A DNA stretch of 64,000 nucleotides from contig NC_068990.1 in assembly GCF_001194135.2 (NCBI RefSeq), positions 88,154,086-88,218,085 of the forward strand. Reading direction: 5' to 3'. Positions 1 through 13,442 of this stretch are shown in pieces. This stretch comes from Octopus bimaculoides. Its lineage: Eukaryota. Below the pieces are notes generated by a model. The model did not search any database, had not been told where the DNA came from, and worked only from the letters and a program-made list of their open reading frames with translations. A program made the translations under genes and the position numbers. Numbering within the stretch: the stretch's first letter is position 1; every line of letters begins with the position of its first letter.

Positions 1-239
1 GCGGGTGGCACATAAAAGACACCATTTCGAGCGTGGCCGTTTTCGTGCGGGTGACACGTAAAAGCACCCACTACACTCTCTGAGTGGTTGGCGTTAGGAA
101 GGGCATCCAGCTGTAGAAACTCTGCCAAATCAGACTGGAGCCTGGTGTTGCCATCCGGTTTCACCAGTCCTCAGTCAAATCGTCCAACCCATGCTAGCAT
201 GGAAAGCGGACGTTAAACGATGATGATGATGATGATGAT
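1..239 (+). repeat. Abundant SINE-type interspersed repeat with (GAT)n tail (octopod-like); other copies ~712-790, 12085-12420, 23370-23585, 35590-35780, 37850-38115, 57045-57282
   Basis: Recurrent gagtggttggcgttaggaagggcatccagctgtagaaac...catgctagcatggaaagcggacgttaaacgatgatg. Confidence 0.85.
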
Positions 240-308
240 ACACAGAGAGAGAGAAAGAGAGATACATACACATACATTATATATACATTATTTGTATCTG
301 GTTTTCAG

Positions 309-475
309 CTGTTCAATATTTCTGGGCAAGTTAATAACCCCTGTACAGTGGAAGAGGAAATGTCAGTGCCATTAAAAGACCTAATTGAGCGACATGCTGG
401 TGGTGTTATTGGTGGTTGGGACAACCTACTCGCAATTATTCCAGGTGGTTCCTCTACACCTCTTCTGACCAAAAA
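309..475 (+). CDS. NDUFV1: NDUFV1 internal exon
   Basis: ttttcag|CTG TTC AAT...ACC AAA AA|gtaagt; [23 protein letters not shown]...[11 protein letters not shown]. Confidence 0.96.
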
Positions 476-1275
476 GTAAGTCTTTCATTTATGTTTTTTG
501 TTCTTATATATAAATATGCCTTCATCATCAAATTACGCCCGTTTTTCCATACTACCTTTTGTTGGACAGGGCTCACAGCATCATGCTACACTTACCTTTT
601 TGCCATCTGAATTGTACAGCAACAGAGAAAACTAGTCAGATGTTTGTCCTATCACCAATCACTTTGCATATATTATATAACTAGTTGTAACTTCAAAGTC
701 ACTGTCAACAAGGCACCCACTATGTTCTTGGAGTGGTTGGTGTTAGGAAGGGCATCCAGCTGTAGAAACCAAGCCAAATCAGACTGGATCCCATACAGTA
801 TTTAGTTGTGATCTTTTATAGTCAGAGTTCAAAACCTACCAAGTTCAGTTTAGCCTTTCAACCTTTCAAAGTCGATTTTAAAAAATACTAGTGGGTATAC
901 TAGGTGTTATTTCATTGACTGTTCCCTGCCTCAATTTGAGGATCTTGGTGAATGTTTGAAATCATTATTTTACTATTGTCAGACAGTATTTATAAAGTTT
1001 CTTTTTCCTCATTTATTTCCGATCTAATTTTCAGGCAATCAGAAGATGTTCTAATGGATTTCGACAGTTTGATCCAAGCTGGAACAGGTTTGGGTACAGC
1101 AGCTGTCATTGTGATGAATAAATCTGCAGATGTCATCAGATGTATATCTCGTTTAAGTGATTTTTACAAACACGAGAGCTGTGGACAGGTTAATACTGTT
1201 TCATTATTTCTACAACACTTATCAGTACAAACACTAATCTATACCCCTGAGCACTGCATGCAACAAACTCATTAC

Positions 1276-1306
<31 letters not shown>

Positions 1307-4300
1307 ATAGCTGCAAACTCATGTTCTAGTATTGCCATTGCCTGATCGAAAGTCCCACACTTGTGAAGACTATAAACAACCATTTTTGCGATGGATCTTA
1401 CTTTTTTTTTTCAAGCAATGCATGTGCATGATGATTTCCACAGGGACGTGAAAATATTTGGGTTGGTGTCCAGGCGCACGGTTGGCTCTCTGGGAATGAG
1501 AGGCACCTCTGTTGTTGTCACAACATTCCCCCAGGAGAGGAAAACTGAGAGAAAACCTGTGGCACTGACAATATTCAATGATGTAGACTAGTTCTCCTTT
1601 TTGAGTTTATGTTGTCTATGTTCAGCCAGTAGGATTGGATTTGTGCAAATCCTTTCCCACTATAAAAAAATCATCTTATGTGTACACACACACACACTCA
1701 CATGTGTGTGTGTATAATTAGTTGTGAAGCAACATTGGCTACTCAAGGGCACAAGCTTAACAAGTACTCAGACACAAAATTCTTGGTTTTTGAGTCACTC
1801 ATGTGGCTTCTCAGCTACAATAAAATGAAATGCTCTACTTTATGTATTGAATTCTGTTTCTCTTTTTCTCTCATTTGAATAATCATTTCAAGATTTGTTA
1901 ATCCAGTGTTCTGCAACCAACAAATCTCAGTTGTATATGTAGTTTATATGCAGAGTTAGATCGTGTAAATTGCAATGTTATTAAAAGCTGTTGTTTAGCC
2001 CTAGTTTCCTGATTAAGTAGGTCTATGATCCAATATATTCCTTTCCTTTCTTTTAAGGGTATCTAAGAATGCATTGTTCTATATGCCCTTTCCTTATTTA
2101 AGATGGTATGCAGTGATTTTTTTTATTGAGTCTTATCATTAGAGGTTCTCACTAAAAGTATTTTTATTGTATTCTATACTTTAGGATTAAATATATTGAA
2201 TCTATTGGAGTAAAAGTTCTTGCTCAAGGAAGCAACTCTCTAGACTTAAATGTTCTGATGCCTTAAATATTCAGTCTTCATCTTGCTTTTGTGATAGTTG
2301 TGATAGAATGTCAGTTGTATTGAATTGATACAAAGACTACAGTTTCAGGAAGCAAACTGAGATTATTAATAAATTACTGCAATAAATACTACTATAATTG
2401 CTGCATTGTACTAATACTGTACTACACTTATGCCACACTTTGCAAATACTATGCTACACTATGTACTATATAGTTTTATTGTATACTTTTGTTCTACTAA
2501 ATCCTATTTCTATACTATTAATTTTGATTTCTATATTAAAAGCTGTAATGAAAATTCCTGATACCAGTTGTTCTATTTGAGATATTTTTTAATTTTTTCC
2601 TAGTGTACACCATGTCGTGAAGGGTGTGCTTGGATGCAGAAGATAATGACACGTTTTGGTGAGTAGACTACTGTGTAGTAATCTTTCTCTCTTTGTTGAG
2701 GCCAATTTATGGAGCTACAAACAACAAGGGGCTTGTTGTTGGTGGTGGCTCCAATTCAACTCTGAGCAAGTAGGCCACTGACTAGTAAGTAATCAGTCCC
2801 AAATGACCAGATCTTCTTGCTGATCAGTGCAGGTTGATGTAAACATCAATTGGTTGATGTAAACATCTGCTGTAATTGACTTACCAGGTCTCATGAAGCT
2901 GTAGTGGATGACACCAGCGCTGGACCACCAAATAGACACCATTAGCTTTTTATTTTGGTGAATATTCTTTTTTGGATTGTGTTTTGGCACTTCGTCTCTA
3001 TCCAACCACCGTGCAGAACGCTTGCTATTGTTGAAAAGAATCCATTTTTCATCACATGTAACAATACGATGAAAAAATGGTTTGCTTTTATGTTGTGACA
3101 GCAAAGAACACCAAGTTTCAAGGTGACGTGTCATTTGATGCTCATTCAGTTATATGTAACAAAGGTGTTAAATGAAGACAATCAGGATAAAACATGAGAT
3201 AAATTGAATAGTTTGACCTTTCTTTCTATATGTTTAATTTTCCTCATTTGATCCCAAATTTCTCTTCAGTTGCTGGTAATGGTCAACCAGAAGAAATTGA
3301 TATGTTATTCGAACTGTCCAAACAGATTGAAGGTCACACCATTTGTGCTCTTGGAGATGGTGCTGCTTGGCCAGTACAGGTAAAACATAAATAATCATTT
3401 GCCTTTTTTTTTGTTACTTTTTCTTTCCTATCTGTTTTCTCTCTCTCTCTTTCTCTCTCTCTCTCTCATTTCTATGTCTGTCTTTCCATTCTTCAGTGAT
3501 TGTGATACAGCTCTGTTTAATATGTTTATAACAGGGGGTTCTATAAGCTGGATTTTATCTCAGAACACTGAGTAACATAACCATCTTTCATAAAGTATGT
3601 TGTCCTATGCCCTACTGATTCTTCCCTCCATTCTTTTTTGTTGATACAGTTTACTATACTCTCAGATCAACACTGATCAAGCAAACCTATGATTGAAAGC
3701 ATTCTAACTGTGATCATATCATCATTCTGTGGTTATCTAGAACTAAAGACCTTATTTGAAGTAGATTTTGCTGCTATTTCCGACGAATTAAAAGACCATG
3801 TCGGCTCATAGGAATACTATTTTAAAGAAGAGAAGTGGCTTCATGAGTGAAGTATTAAACTAACTCTTCATCAATCACAAGTTCAAATTTGCTGCAGACA
3901 CTTCATTGTGTTTCTAGGCTGGACATTTAATTATGCATTGCATCATTCATCTTATTTATCAGATATTTTTGAGAAGATCAGCTGCAAAGATGTGCATCAT
4001 ATCCAAAAGAAAGTGGTGGTGTAGTGAGTGTGCATTGCTTGAAATGTTTGTCTTGAAACTATAAGTGTGATGAATTATTACTATCATCACTCCCACCACC
4101 ACCATCACCATTAGTGTAAGTATTAGGAGGGCTGTGGACAGACAGTATCAGTGCAATGGCTGATCAAATGCCTTGTTGTATTTAGTTATATCTATTTATG
4201 TTATGTCTGTAAGTCATAAAATACAAAGTACATTCCAAAAGTTTTGAGGTTTGTTTTTTTTTGTTTCAAGTGAGACATTAATTTCATAGAAGTACAAACC

Positions 4301-4905
4301 TCTAATCTCCTTCAAAGTAGGATCCTCCAGCCACTTCATGAAGGCCCCATGGAAGACCCCCCCCCCAAAAAAAAAGTGAAGGTGTCCAGGACCCTTTTCA
4401 CAGCATCCTTCATGTGAATGTCTTTAAAACAACTGCCCCTGTGGTTCTCCTTCAGCTTGAGGAACAACCAAAGTCTGGACTGCATGGAAGGTGCTGGTCA
4501 GTTTTGATGCCCATCTCTGTCAAGTAGTTGGTCAACAGGATGGAATTGTGGACTGGTACATTGTCCTGGTGCAGGTGCCATCGACCTAAGTGGAAGAGCT
4601 CTGTCCTTTTGCAACAAAATCTCTTTCTGAACTCCTTCAAAACTGCCACAAAGTGGAATAATGTGGTTGATTTTTGCTTCTCATTGTCCTGGAGTTAATA
4701 AATGCCAGTCAAGTACTGGGGCCAATAAAATTGACTGCACCCTTCCCCAACAAACGATTTGTGACTTTGTGTTTATGTAAGAAATCTTTATTAATATTAT
4801 TGTTCTTTTTGTTTCTTCCTGTTGTAGGGTCTCATACGTCACTTCAGGCCTCTCATTGAAGAACGAATGCTCCAGTACAAGAAGAAGGTGGCTGCAAAGA
4901 ACTGA
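309..4905 (+). CDS. NDUFV1: NADH dehydrogenase [ubiquinone] flavoprotein 1 (51 kDa), 3' part of gene; 5 exons join(309-475,1035-1188,2604-2658,3270-3379,4828-4905); 5' exons lie upstream of the window
   Basis: Spliced translation [53 protein letters not shown]...[20 protein letters not shown]...[16 protein letters not shown]...[35 protein letters not shown]...KN*. All introns are GT-AG with matching phases, and the 4Fe-4S motif CGQCTPC...C is present. Confidence 0.97.
1035..1188 (+). CDS. NDUFV1: NDUFV1 internal exon
   Basis: ttttcag|G CAA TCA...GGA CAG|gttaat; [51 protein letters not shown]. Confidence 0.96.
2604..2658 (+). CDS. NDUFV1: NDUFV1 internal exon (Fe-S ligands)
   Basis: ttcctag|TGT ACA CCA TGT CGT GAA GGG...TTT G|gtgagt; [18 protein letters not shown]. 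Confidence 0.95.
2793..3134 (-). mobile_element. Mariner transposase fragment in NDUFV1 intron
   Basis: [42 protein letters not shown]; truncated. Confidence 0.88.
3270..3379 (+). CDS. NDUFV1: NDUFV1 penultimate exon
   Basis: ctcttcag|TT GCT GGT...GTA CAG|gtaaaa; [36 protein letters not shown]. Confidence 0.96.
4225..4700 (-). mobile_element. Mariner/Tc1 transposase C-terminal fragment
   Basis: [28 protein letters not shown] (HDNA.PH / YSPDL-type motifs); ends approximate. Confidence 0.8.
4828..4905 (+). CDS. NDUFV1: NDUFV1 last coding exon
   Basis: gttgtag|GGT CTC ATA CGT...AAC TGA; [25 protein letters not shown]; AATAAA hexamers downstream (e.g. 5123, 5170, 5434). Confidence 0.95.
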   Translation, partial: GLIRHFRPLIEERMLQYKKKVAAKN

Positions 4906-6465
4906 AGCAAGAATGAGAAGCAGAGCAATTTTAAATTAGTAAAGAAATGAAAAAGAAAATCAATATATTTTAACCAGAGAACATTTTATGAATTAACCCT
5001 TTAAATGCAGGTTGTCCTCACCACCACCAATTGGTTCTTTCTTTAGAATATGTAGAATATGCACTGCACAGATATATATGTATATATATTATATATATAT
5101 AATCAGCATTAAAGGGTTAAAGAATAAAGGTTGATGTGTTGATTTTGCTTTTTGTTATTTAGATTTCTAAATAAATTTCTATCAAGGGTTAAACTTGTTA
5201 TTGTTTTTGTTCATTTCAGTTATTTAGTATTTTTTCTTATTTATAAAATTTTGTACTTAACTCTTTTATATTTCTTGTCCTCTTTATTTGTTCTTGTTCT
5301 GTTATTGTCTCTCTGCAACCTCTTCTCTCTACTATGTGTTGTTATTTTGTTAAATGTTTATCTCTTCCTCCACCTAACAACTGTGATGTCTCTAAACCAA
5401 TGGTTGTTAAACTTTTAGTAATGCTGGAGATCAAATAAAAAGGATTACTGACACACTTCTTATAGAAGGTTAAAATAATAAAACTTTGTTTTTAAGTTAC
5501 AAACTTTAAAAAGATGTGTAGAAAGTTGTTGCCTGCTCTGTTTTATTGATCATACTTGTGTATGACAGAATTCAAACCTTCGTCTAAATTTTCATAAAAT
5601 GTAAATTATATTTTGATATTCTGGAACCACTGTAGTATATAGACACACAGGTGGCTATATCTGTGTGACTAAAAGTAGCAAAATGCTCAGGTTAATTACT
5701 CAAAGACACTATTGTTATCATTTAATATCTTTTATGCTAGCATGGGTTGGATGGTTTGACAAGATCTTACAATTTGGCAGACTGTGTGAATGTCAAGATA
5801 AAAGAACATTTAGAATAACGATAATTACATGTCAAGTTATATATGTGTATATACAACATGCATATGTAAACATAAACATGTACATAGTCTCACATTGTCA
5901 CTTTTCAGTGTGAAATTTCATCTCTAAGGGTAGATTGAGCTCCTTGGTTGAGTGAAAGCAATCAATCAAGGAGAAGGAAAACCCCAAAATTAATATCCTC
6001 TTCCAGCATGCCCAAAGCCAGCATGGAAGGTTATGGTTGCCAAAACTAACACGAGGCATGTCCATGTCCTTCAGTGTATAAAAGTCTTGCAAATACTATA
6101 TTATTCATTGTAATTTAAACAGCAATCTGTTCTATTGATACTGATCTATTCTTTTCTGATATCTCTTTTTCCTGGAAAACTAAAGAAGCAAATTAGGCAT
6201 AGGATTTTTGATGCCTGAATACATAGGATTTTTGATGCCTGAATACATAGGATAGAATGTGTGTACAACAGAAACAGGACACAACTTTAATTTGATTAGG
6301 AAGTGTGGATACATGTCTTGCCTATTATAGTCTGATGGTATTCATTACTTTAAAATTTATTTTATTCATTTAAATGTATTTTGCATTCATAAAAAATTCT
6401 TATTGTAAATGATAAATGCACCAAATTATGTCATACTTCATCTATTTCTATTGTATGCTTCATAC

Positions 6466-6565
6466 ATGTTTAATCATGGATGATAATGGCTACTTTATCT
6501 TTCATCTTGACATTACTGAAACAAATCAAAAAGGTCCTTTTGAACAACAATGTATCTTACACAAA
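6466..6565 (+). pseudogene. CACHD1-like (VWA/Cache) exon relic, copy 1
   Basis: CLIMDDNGYFIFHLDITETNQKGPFEQQCILHK, 33 codons, same length as remembered human CACHD1 CFIMEDRGYLVAHPTLIDPKGHAPVEQQHITHK; acceptor is mutated (tac|). Confidence 0.72.
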
Positions 6566-7214
6566 GCAAATTCCACATTACATGTCAAAGCCAACTTTGG
6601 ATTGATTTATTCTTCTTACACTAGTGAATACCTTTGATATCCAGTAGTTTTATCACTTGCATTCTTGTATGATTAATTAAATGACATTTTCATAAGTAAA
6701 CATTGGAATATAGAGTCTCTCTCACACACAGTCACACATACACACATATATACATGACCACCTATTTTGTTGTCAACTCTCACATTAATATATCATTACT
6801 ATCATCATCATCTTCATAGTTTTAGTGTCTACTTTTTTGTGACTGCATGGGTCAGCCATGACAATGTTGAGGCAGACTTTTCTACATCTTGACAATCTTT
6901 CTGCCACCAACCCTTACTTGCTTCCTGGCATGGTAATATTTCCCCTAATCTGTTGAATAATGAACAGCCTAAACATCCTTTTTTTGAGTGAAGAATTGTA
7001 AATAGATGAATGAGGATCTTTGTTTACAGTCAGTGTTCATATGGGAAGACAAGAGGAATGCATACACATTCACTCCATCACACATAAACTAGCATACACA
7101 CATACACACATGCATGCACAACAGGTCTCTTCCAGTTTCCACTTACTGAAATTTACTCACATGGTGTTGGTTGACTCATGGCTTCATGGCTAAAGTAGAA
7201 GACACATTGCTGAT

Positions 7215-7455
7215 CAATTTCTGGCTCTCTAATTCCCCCAATTGTGATCCTATGGATTACTATACATGAGGTGTGATTGAGAAAGACACCAAGCGCTCTG
7301 CCTGCAGCATCAACGCTAAGCTAGTGGTCAAGTTTGAAGAGATGTTCAAAGATCTTCTCAGGGACATAGTGAGGAATGCATGCACCATGTTCTGCAACCA
7401 TTTTGAGGCCATGGTGGAAACTGCAGGTGGCCACTTTGAGTAAACTGTTATCTCC
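7215..7455 (+). mobile_element. Tc1/mariner-type transposase 3' fragment
   Basis: Degenerate ..PNCDPMDYYT*GVIE.. resembling WPP.SPD.NP.DY..WG..E; ends ...GGHFE*. Confidence 0.5.
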
Positions 7456-7954
7456 CAGTCATAATCAAGTTGATATTTTTTTTAATTTTTGAAATACTTT
7501 TATTATTGAATGGGATATTGTGTTGTCTTTCCCCTTTATGCAAACTATCACATTTAGCCTGAATACCCTGCAGAGCTGAGTCATATATCCAGAGAATTTC
7601 AGAAAATGAAACAACATTTTGTAAAGTCTATGAGGAACCAAAATACAATCTGTAATAGTGAATCTAGCAAATAAGAATAACGAAATCAGTGGCACATAAT
7701 TTTCATGGTTGAATTCATATGATAGTAGGTATGTACAAGAGAGGAAGGACACAGCTTCACATTGCTTGGGCTATGTGTGAATAAATGTTGCCTGCTATAG
7801 ACTGATAATGCCATTTTTTAAAATTTAAATTGATTTTATTAATGTTAGAAGTATTATATTCCTATTTTACATTGACAAAGAAAATTTACTAATTGTAAAT
7901 GATAGATACATTAAATTATATCAGTGATCATCTATTTCTATTGTATGGCTGTAG

Positions 7955-8038
7955 ACATTTAATGGCTACTTTATCTCTCATCCCAAAATTATTGAAAGAA
8001 ATTGAAAAGGTCCAGTTCAATAACAACATATCATGCAC
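7955..8038 (+). pseudogene. CACHD1-like exon relic, copy 2
   Basis: 13-nt deletion, then NGYFISHPKIIERN*KGPVQ*QHIMH; donor region deleted. Confidence 0.68.
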
Positions 8039-8889
8039 CACATTACATGTCAAAACCAATTTTGGATTGATTTATTCATCATATATTAGTGAATACCTTT
8101 GATGTCCAGTAGTTTTCTCACTAGAATTCTTGTATGATTAATTAAGTGACTTTTTAGTAAGTAAACATTGGAACATAGAGTCTTTCTCACAGATACAGTC
8201 TCTCTCTCTCACACACATGCACACTTAGAGTGAAACTTTCTTTGTTGACATGCCATATGATGACCATCTGTTCGGTAGTCAACTTAAGCAATGATAAATC
8301 ATCACCATCATCTTCATTAGTGCCATCCACCACCACTGCCACCACCTTCGCCACCAGCACCAGCACCCACCACCACCACCACCGCCACCATTGTCATCAA
8401 AAATATGCTCGTTGAGGCAAATTTTTCTTTGGCTGGAAAGTCTTCCTGTTGTCAACTCTCACCTGTTTTCAAGCAAGTTGCTATTTCCCCTATTTCATAG
8501 AACAAGAATCTATCTGGACATGCTTTCATGAAAAATTGTATACAAATGTATTAAAGATGAACTTTGTTTATAACCGGTTTGCACATATCAGGATAAGGGA
8601 ACACACACATTTACACAGGGCTCTTCCAGTTTCCATGTATCATATTTCACTCATAACCTGCAGCTGTAGTAGAAAAGATCCGTTGCTAATTAGGTGTGAT
8701 TAGCTACACTGCTGACATAATTATGTGTGATGCTGACATTAAGTTGCTCTGGCGTTAACATGATTAGCTCTGATATTCACATGATTAGCTGTGATAAAAC
8801 TGATGGATACACAATAGAGATAGGTAGCTTTTACAATGTCATATTACAGGGTTTGTGTGACAAAGAGTGAAAGTATAATATACCTTATT

Positions 8890-9505
8890 AAGAGGTGGTT
8901 TAAAAAAATTCCCTGACAAGTTTTGTAGTGCACCAACAGATGGCAGCACATGGTTGTATATGCAGTGAGAGGTAGCAAACACCATCATGAGGCAGTGTGC
9001 CAAGTGACATCACTGTTTACTTCGCAAGTTGAGAAATATTTGTGTTTTTGTGATCATGTATATACCATAGTCTGCGATTTTGTCATGGACAAGAAGTTGG
9101 AAGAAAAAGCCAGCGTGAAATTTTGCATTGAACTTGGGAAGTCTGCTGCAGAGATATTGAGCATGCTTTGGCAAGCTTACAATGATGAGGCAATGGGTTG
9201 TATGCAATGTTTCAAGTGGCACAAATACTTCAAAAGGGGAAGAAATTCTCTGGAAGATGGTGAGTGATGTGGAAGACCTGCCACAAGCATCAGCCTCAGA
9301 AATTTAGAATTGTGCATTGAGAATTTATCCCCCAGGGCCAGATTGTCAATCAAGAGTTCTACTGTGACGTTTTGAAATATCTGAGGTAGAACATTCAGCG
9401 AAAGTGACTGGATCTGTGGAGCACAAAGAATTGGTTTCTGCACCAAGCTCTCTTCACTCATGAGTTTCTTGCCAAAAATATAGTATTGCTTCCACACCTG
9501 CAGAC
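8890..9505 (+). mobile_element. Mariner-like element, N-terminal HTH region, internally deleted
   Basis: LEEKASVKFCIELGKSAAEILSMLWQAYNDEAM..CFKWHKYFKRGRNSLED. Confidence 0.82.
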
Positions 9506-10714
9506 TTCCATCAGGTACTATGTTGGTACCAGAGATGGCATATGCAAGGAGATGGCATATTCCATGCTATCTAACCCACTTCATAATTATGTATGAAAGT
9601 TGCTATAAAAATGTTAATGATAACAATTACCAAATCTCATTGATATGTCTATTATTGTTGCTGTTCTCCCCCTCCTCCTTCCCTTACTGCTGCTACTGCT
9701 GCTGCATAAAAATTTTCTCTCTTGATGAGGTCTATGAATAAGAATCAGATATCATTGAAGTCAAGTCTATAAGAACCGTCTCAATAAACAGTGAGTGTGT
9801 TAAAAACAAAAATGCATACAGAATCATGTTCATGTGTTTAATAAGTACAGCTTTAGTTTCACTGTGGTATAAGACTTTGTGGCTAGACCACAGCTTTCAA
9901 CAGTTTTGCACGAAAATTGAACTAATTGACTCAATATCTAAATGTTGGTAGCAGAATCTTAAGAAAGATTAAACCTAGCTCAATTCTCATGCAAGGTACA
10001 GAAGACGCTGTCGTATACATGGGGCATAATTCCACAAAACTAAAATGATTAATAAATGTTTTGAAACTATTCCATTAAGTCTAGAAGAGTTGTCTCCCCT
10101 GTTAGAAATATTCTCTTTCTTTGCTAAAATTACGAGTAATCTTTGTTTGATGTGTCTATCCAGCTTCTTTGGGTATCCCTGACAACAGGTAACATCCATT
10201 TGGAAGCTTGATGCTTTCTTTGATCACCGATCCTCACATGCCATTTAAGCTCTGAAGACATAGGACTCTAGCAGGCAAAATATCTCCCTGATCTCATTGT
10301 ATAAAGTAAATGTGAGAGAGATATTTCCTGCTGGATAAGAATTCAGTTGCTGAAAGTTAACAGTAAAAGATGATCGGATATCCATTCATTCATTCTGAGA
10401 ACTAAAAGCATTGAGACAATGTAGAATAAAGAGCTCTATTGAGAGACTTGGCAAAATCCTTGTAAACTAAGGGTTAATAACCCAATATCACTTACAAAAC
10501 AAATTTGTTAAACACACACACACACACACTCATGGGAATCAATGGTATTCATCTGAGAAGGGGGTTATTGTGAACATCACCTTGATGATGCTCCTTGATG
10601 AATAAGCCACTCCATTATATGCATCAACATTGTTCAGCAGACAGAATAAACCATCTGAAGTTTGTAAACTTGACCTGTAATATAATATGCATGCAATTAT
10701 TTTTGATTTTATTG

Positions 10715-10797
10715 ATATGTTCTAATCCTGGTAGTTCATTCTGAATTTACCAAGGTACAATAATGGATAAGACCTGTGACCCCACTAAAAGAGCCCT
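10715..10797 (+). pseudogene. CACHD1-like exon relic (RIYPG..MDK..DPT.R motif)
   Basis: YV/SNPGSSF*IYQGTIMDKTCDPTKRA vs remembered [28 protein letters not shown]; one frameshift and a TGA at the R position. Confidence 0.65.
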
Positions 10798-11097
10798 TGA
10801 TTGCCTTCTTAGTTATGTTACTCTAATTGCACCCTGTCTACATGTCACAGTTGCTGGCTACATTGTCTCTGTCAACCATACAATATTGGAGGGAAAGTAA
10901 GCATTTTGAGTCAAGAAAATGATGAGGTCACTCCCTTTTTCTGTCCATAAAGAGTTTAAAGCTTGTGATATAACCACTTATACTTTTCACAGCAATGCCA
11001 AAATTATGTTTATTAAGAAAACAATATCTTACATTTTCAAATGTGTGTGTGCATGTGTGTGTGTGTGTGTGTGTGTGCGTGTGTGTGNNNNNNNNNN

Positions 11098-11135
<38 letters not shown>

Positions 11136-11179
11136 ATGTCCATCTTAATAAATTATTCTTAATATGTAAGTAAATAAAG

Positions 11180-11390
11180 GCTACAAGCTGAGAGAATCAG
11201 TCGCATACTGGGCAAAAAGCATAGTGGCATTTTGTCAGTCTTCAAGTTCTGAGTTGAAATCCTGCCGAGGTTGAGTTTGTCTTTCATCCTTTTGGGGTCA
11301 GTAAAATAAGTGCCAGATGAGGAGTGGGACCGATGTAATCAACTTCTCCCTCCCCAAAATTGCTGGCCTGGTGCCAAAATTTGAAACCAA
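11180..11390 (+). repeat. tRNA-headed SINE family; other copies ~12789-13000, 20495-20710, 24025-24195, 50888-51215 and degenerate copies before each PAN-A exon
   Basis: gctggcagaa..ttag..gttcaaat.c (B-box-like)..gactttgcctttcatcc..aataagtacc..ccccaaaattgctggcc..ccaaaatttgaaacc. Confidence 0.75.
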
Positions 11391-12345
11391 TATGTAAGTA
11401 AATCAAATATGTTACTGGTGTTTGTAGGGTATGTGCAGGAATACATGTATCCAGGTTCTTGAATCCATAATTTTTCTAGGATTCCTAAGGAATATCGATT
11501 AGCTACTTTTCCAGGGTATTATGTGATAAGAAAATCTTCCCCTGGGTAGACTACCACCCTATCTGTTGCACATAAGACTGTCAGACGATATAGTACTCTA
11601 TACTACCAGTGGCTAGATGAAATGAGGTACAGGCATTTGAGTGTTCAATACAGAACTCCTGCAGTTGTAATCAAGATCATTATATTATTCACAGATGGCT
11701 CAGTACATCACAATTTCAAGGCAGTACACACACCCTTCTCTTCCTTCACACTCTTCCTTTAACTTTCTCTCTCACTTCATCTCCTTTCATCATTTGTTAT
11801 GCTACATCCATTTTATTGTGTAAGCATTGGTTCTTATTGGATGTCATATTTAGCTCTCACTTGTGGAGGAGAATGCGAACTGTTAAACTGGCTTTGGTGG
11901 TTCATTATTGCCTTGGTGAGACTCTGAGGGATTACAGGCAAACAGTGACATCTCTATTTGCAATAGCAGTTTGGTCAAAAGAGACTAATAAAATAAGTAC
12001 CAGGCTTACAAAATAAGTACTGGGGTTGATTTGTTTGACGAAAACCCTCAAGGTGGTGCTCCAGTATGGCTGCAACCACTTGACTGACACCCGGTGGCAT
12101 GTAAAAAGCACCATTTGAGCATGGTCAATGCCAGTGCTGCCTGACTGGCCCCTGTGCCAGCGGCACGTAAAAAGCACCCACTACACTCTCAGAGTGGTTG
12201 GCGTTAGGAAGGGCATCCAGCTGTAGAAACACTGCCAGATCAGATTGGAGCCTGGTGCAGCCTCCTGGCTTGCCAGCCCCCAGTCAAACCGTCCAACTCA
12301 TGCCAACATGGAAAGCGGATGTTAAACGATGACGACGACAACAAC

Positions 12346-12381
<36 letters not shown>

Positions 12382-12382
12382 A

Positions 12383-12414
<32 letters not shown>

Positions 12415-12482
12415 CATCATCATCATCATCATGATAAAAGAAAGATTAAATGGCAATCTGATTTAAGAGAGATTTAGTTATT

Positions 12483-12599
12483 GCAAACTGGTCAAACAAC
12501 CGAGTAGATACTGTAGTAGCAGCTGAGGAAGTAGTAAAGCTGTATTTCATGTATGCCTCTTTCCATATTTTATTAGATATTTGGATCAACATTAATCAA
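12483..12599 (+). pseudogene. Probable CACHD1-like exon relic (VVAV.G.DFT..YF..LL.D...CNQ motif)
   Basis: ANWSNNRVDTVVAAEEVVKLYFMYASFHILLDIWININQ vs remembered HTVAVMGIDFTLRYFYKVLMDLLPVCNQ; needs indels, but is collinear between the flanking relics. Confidence 0.4.
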
Positions 12600-13442
12600 G
12601 GAATATTTGGATCAACATTAATCAAGCTGTTTAACATACAATATACGAAAAGTACATTGTTACCAATACATTCAGTATTTCAGTGTATCTCTCAATCCCC
12701 AAAATATTTAACAGAAAATTGCATTGTTAGATAATTATCTGTTAGATAATTATCTGAACATATCTCTCTCATATGTTAGTGCTTTAAAGGCAGGAAGCTG
12801 GCAGAACCATTAGCATGCAGGACAAAATGCTTAGTGAAATTTTGTCTGTCTTTACATTCTGAGCTCAAATTCTACCTAGGTTGACTTTGCCTTTCAAATT
12901 TTCAGAGTTGATAAAATAAGTATCAGACAAGTACTGCAATGTAATCGACTCACACTTCCCCTCAAAAACTGCTAGCCCAGTGCCAAAATTTGAAACCATA
13001 TTTTAGTGTTTCAAATGTATATGATTTCCTTAATTATGAACCATAGTTTATTCAGAATATACAATGTTGAATCAAGTACATAATTTTATAAAAAGAAGCA
13101 ACATTTTGTAAAGACTACGAGGAACCAGTATAAAATCTGAAATAATGAATCTAGCATACAAACATGATGAAACCAGTGATCACATAATTTTTGAGGGATT
13201 AATACATATGGTAGTAGGTATGTGCAACAGAGGAAGGATACAGCTTCACATTGCTTAGGCTATGTGTGAATAAATGTTGCCTACTATAGGTTGATAATGC
13301 CATTTTTAAAAAAATTCAAACTGATTTTATTAATGTTAAAAATATATTCCTGTTTTGCATTCACAAAGAAAATTTACTAATTGTATATGATAGATATACT
13401 AAATAATATTAGTGATAATCTATTTCTGTTGCATAGTTGTAG

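Noticed and set aside
11430-11730. Near-open frame ..FPGYYVIRK..KIIILFTDGS.. (vWA, RNase H or LINE endonuclease-like)
   Set aside because: It has two stops, and the motifs fit several unrelated families equally. It is most likely a LINE relic, and no assignment can be supported.
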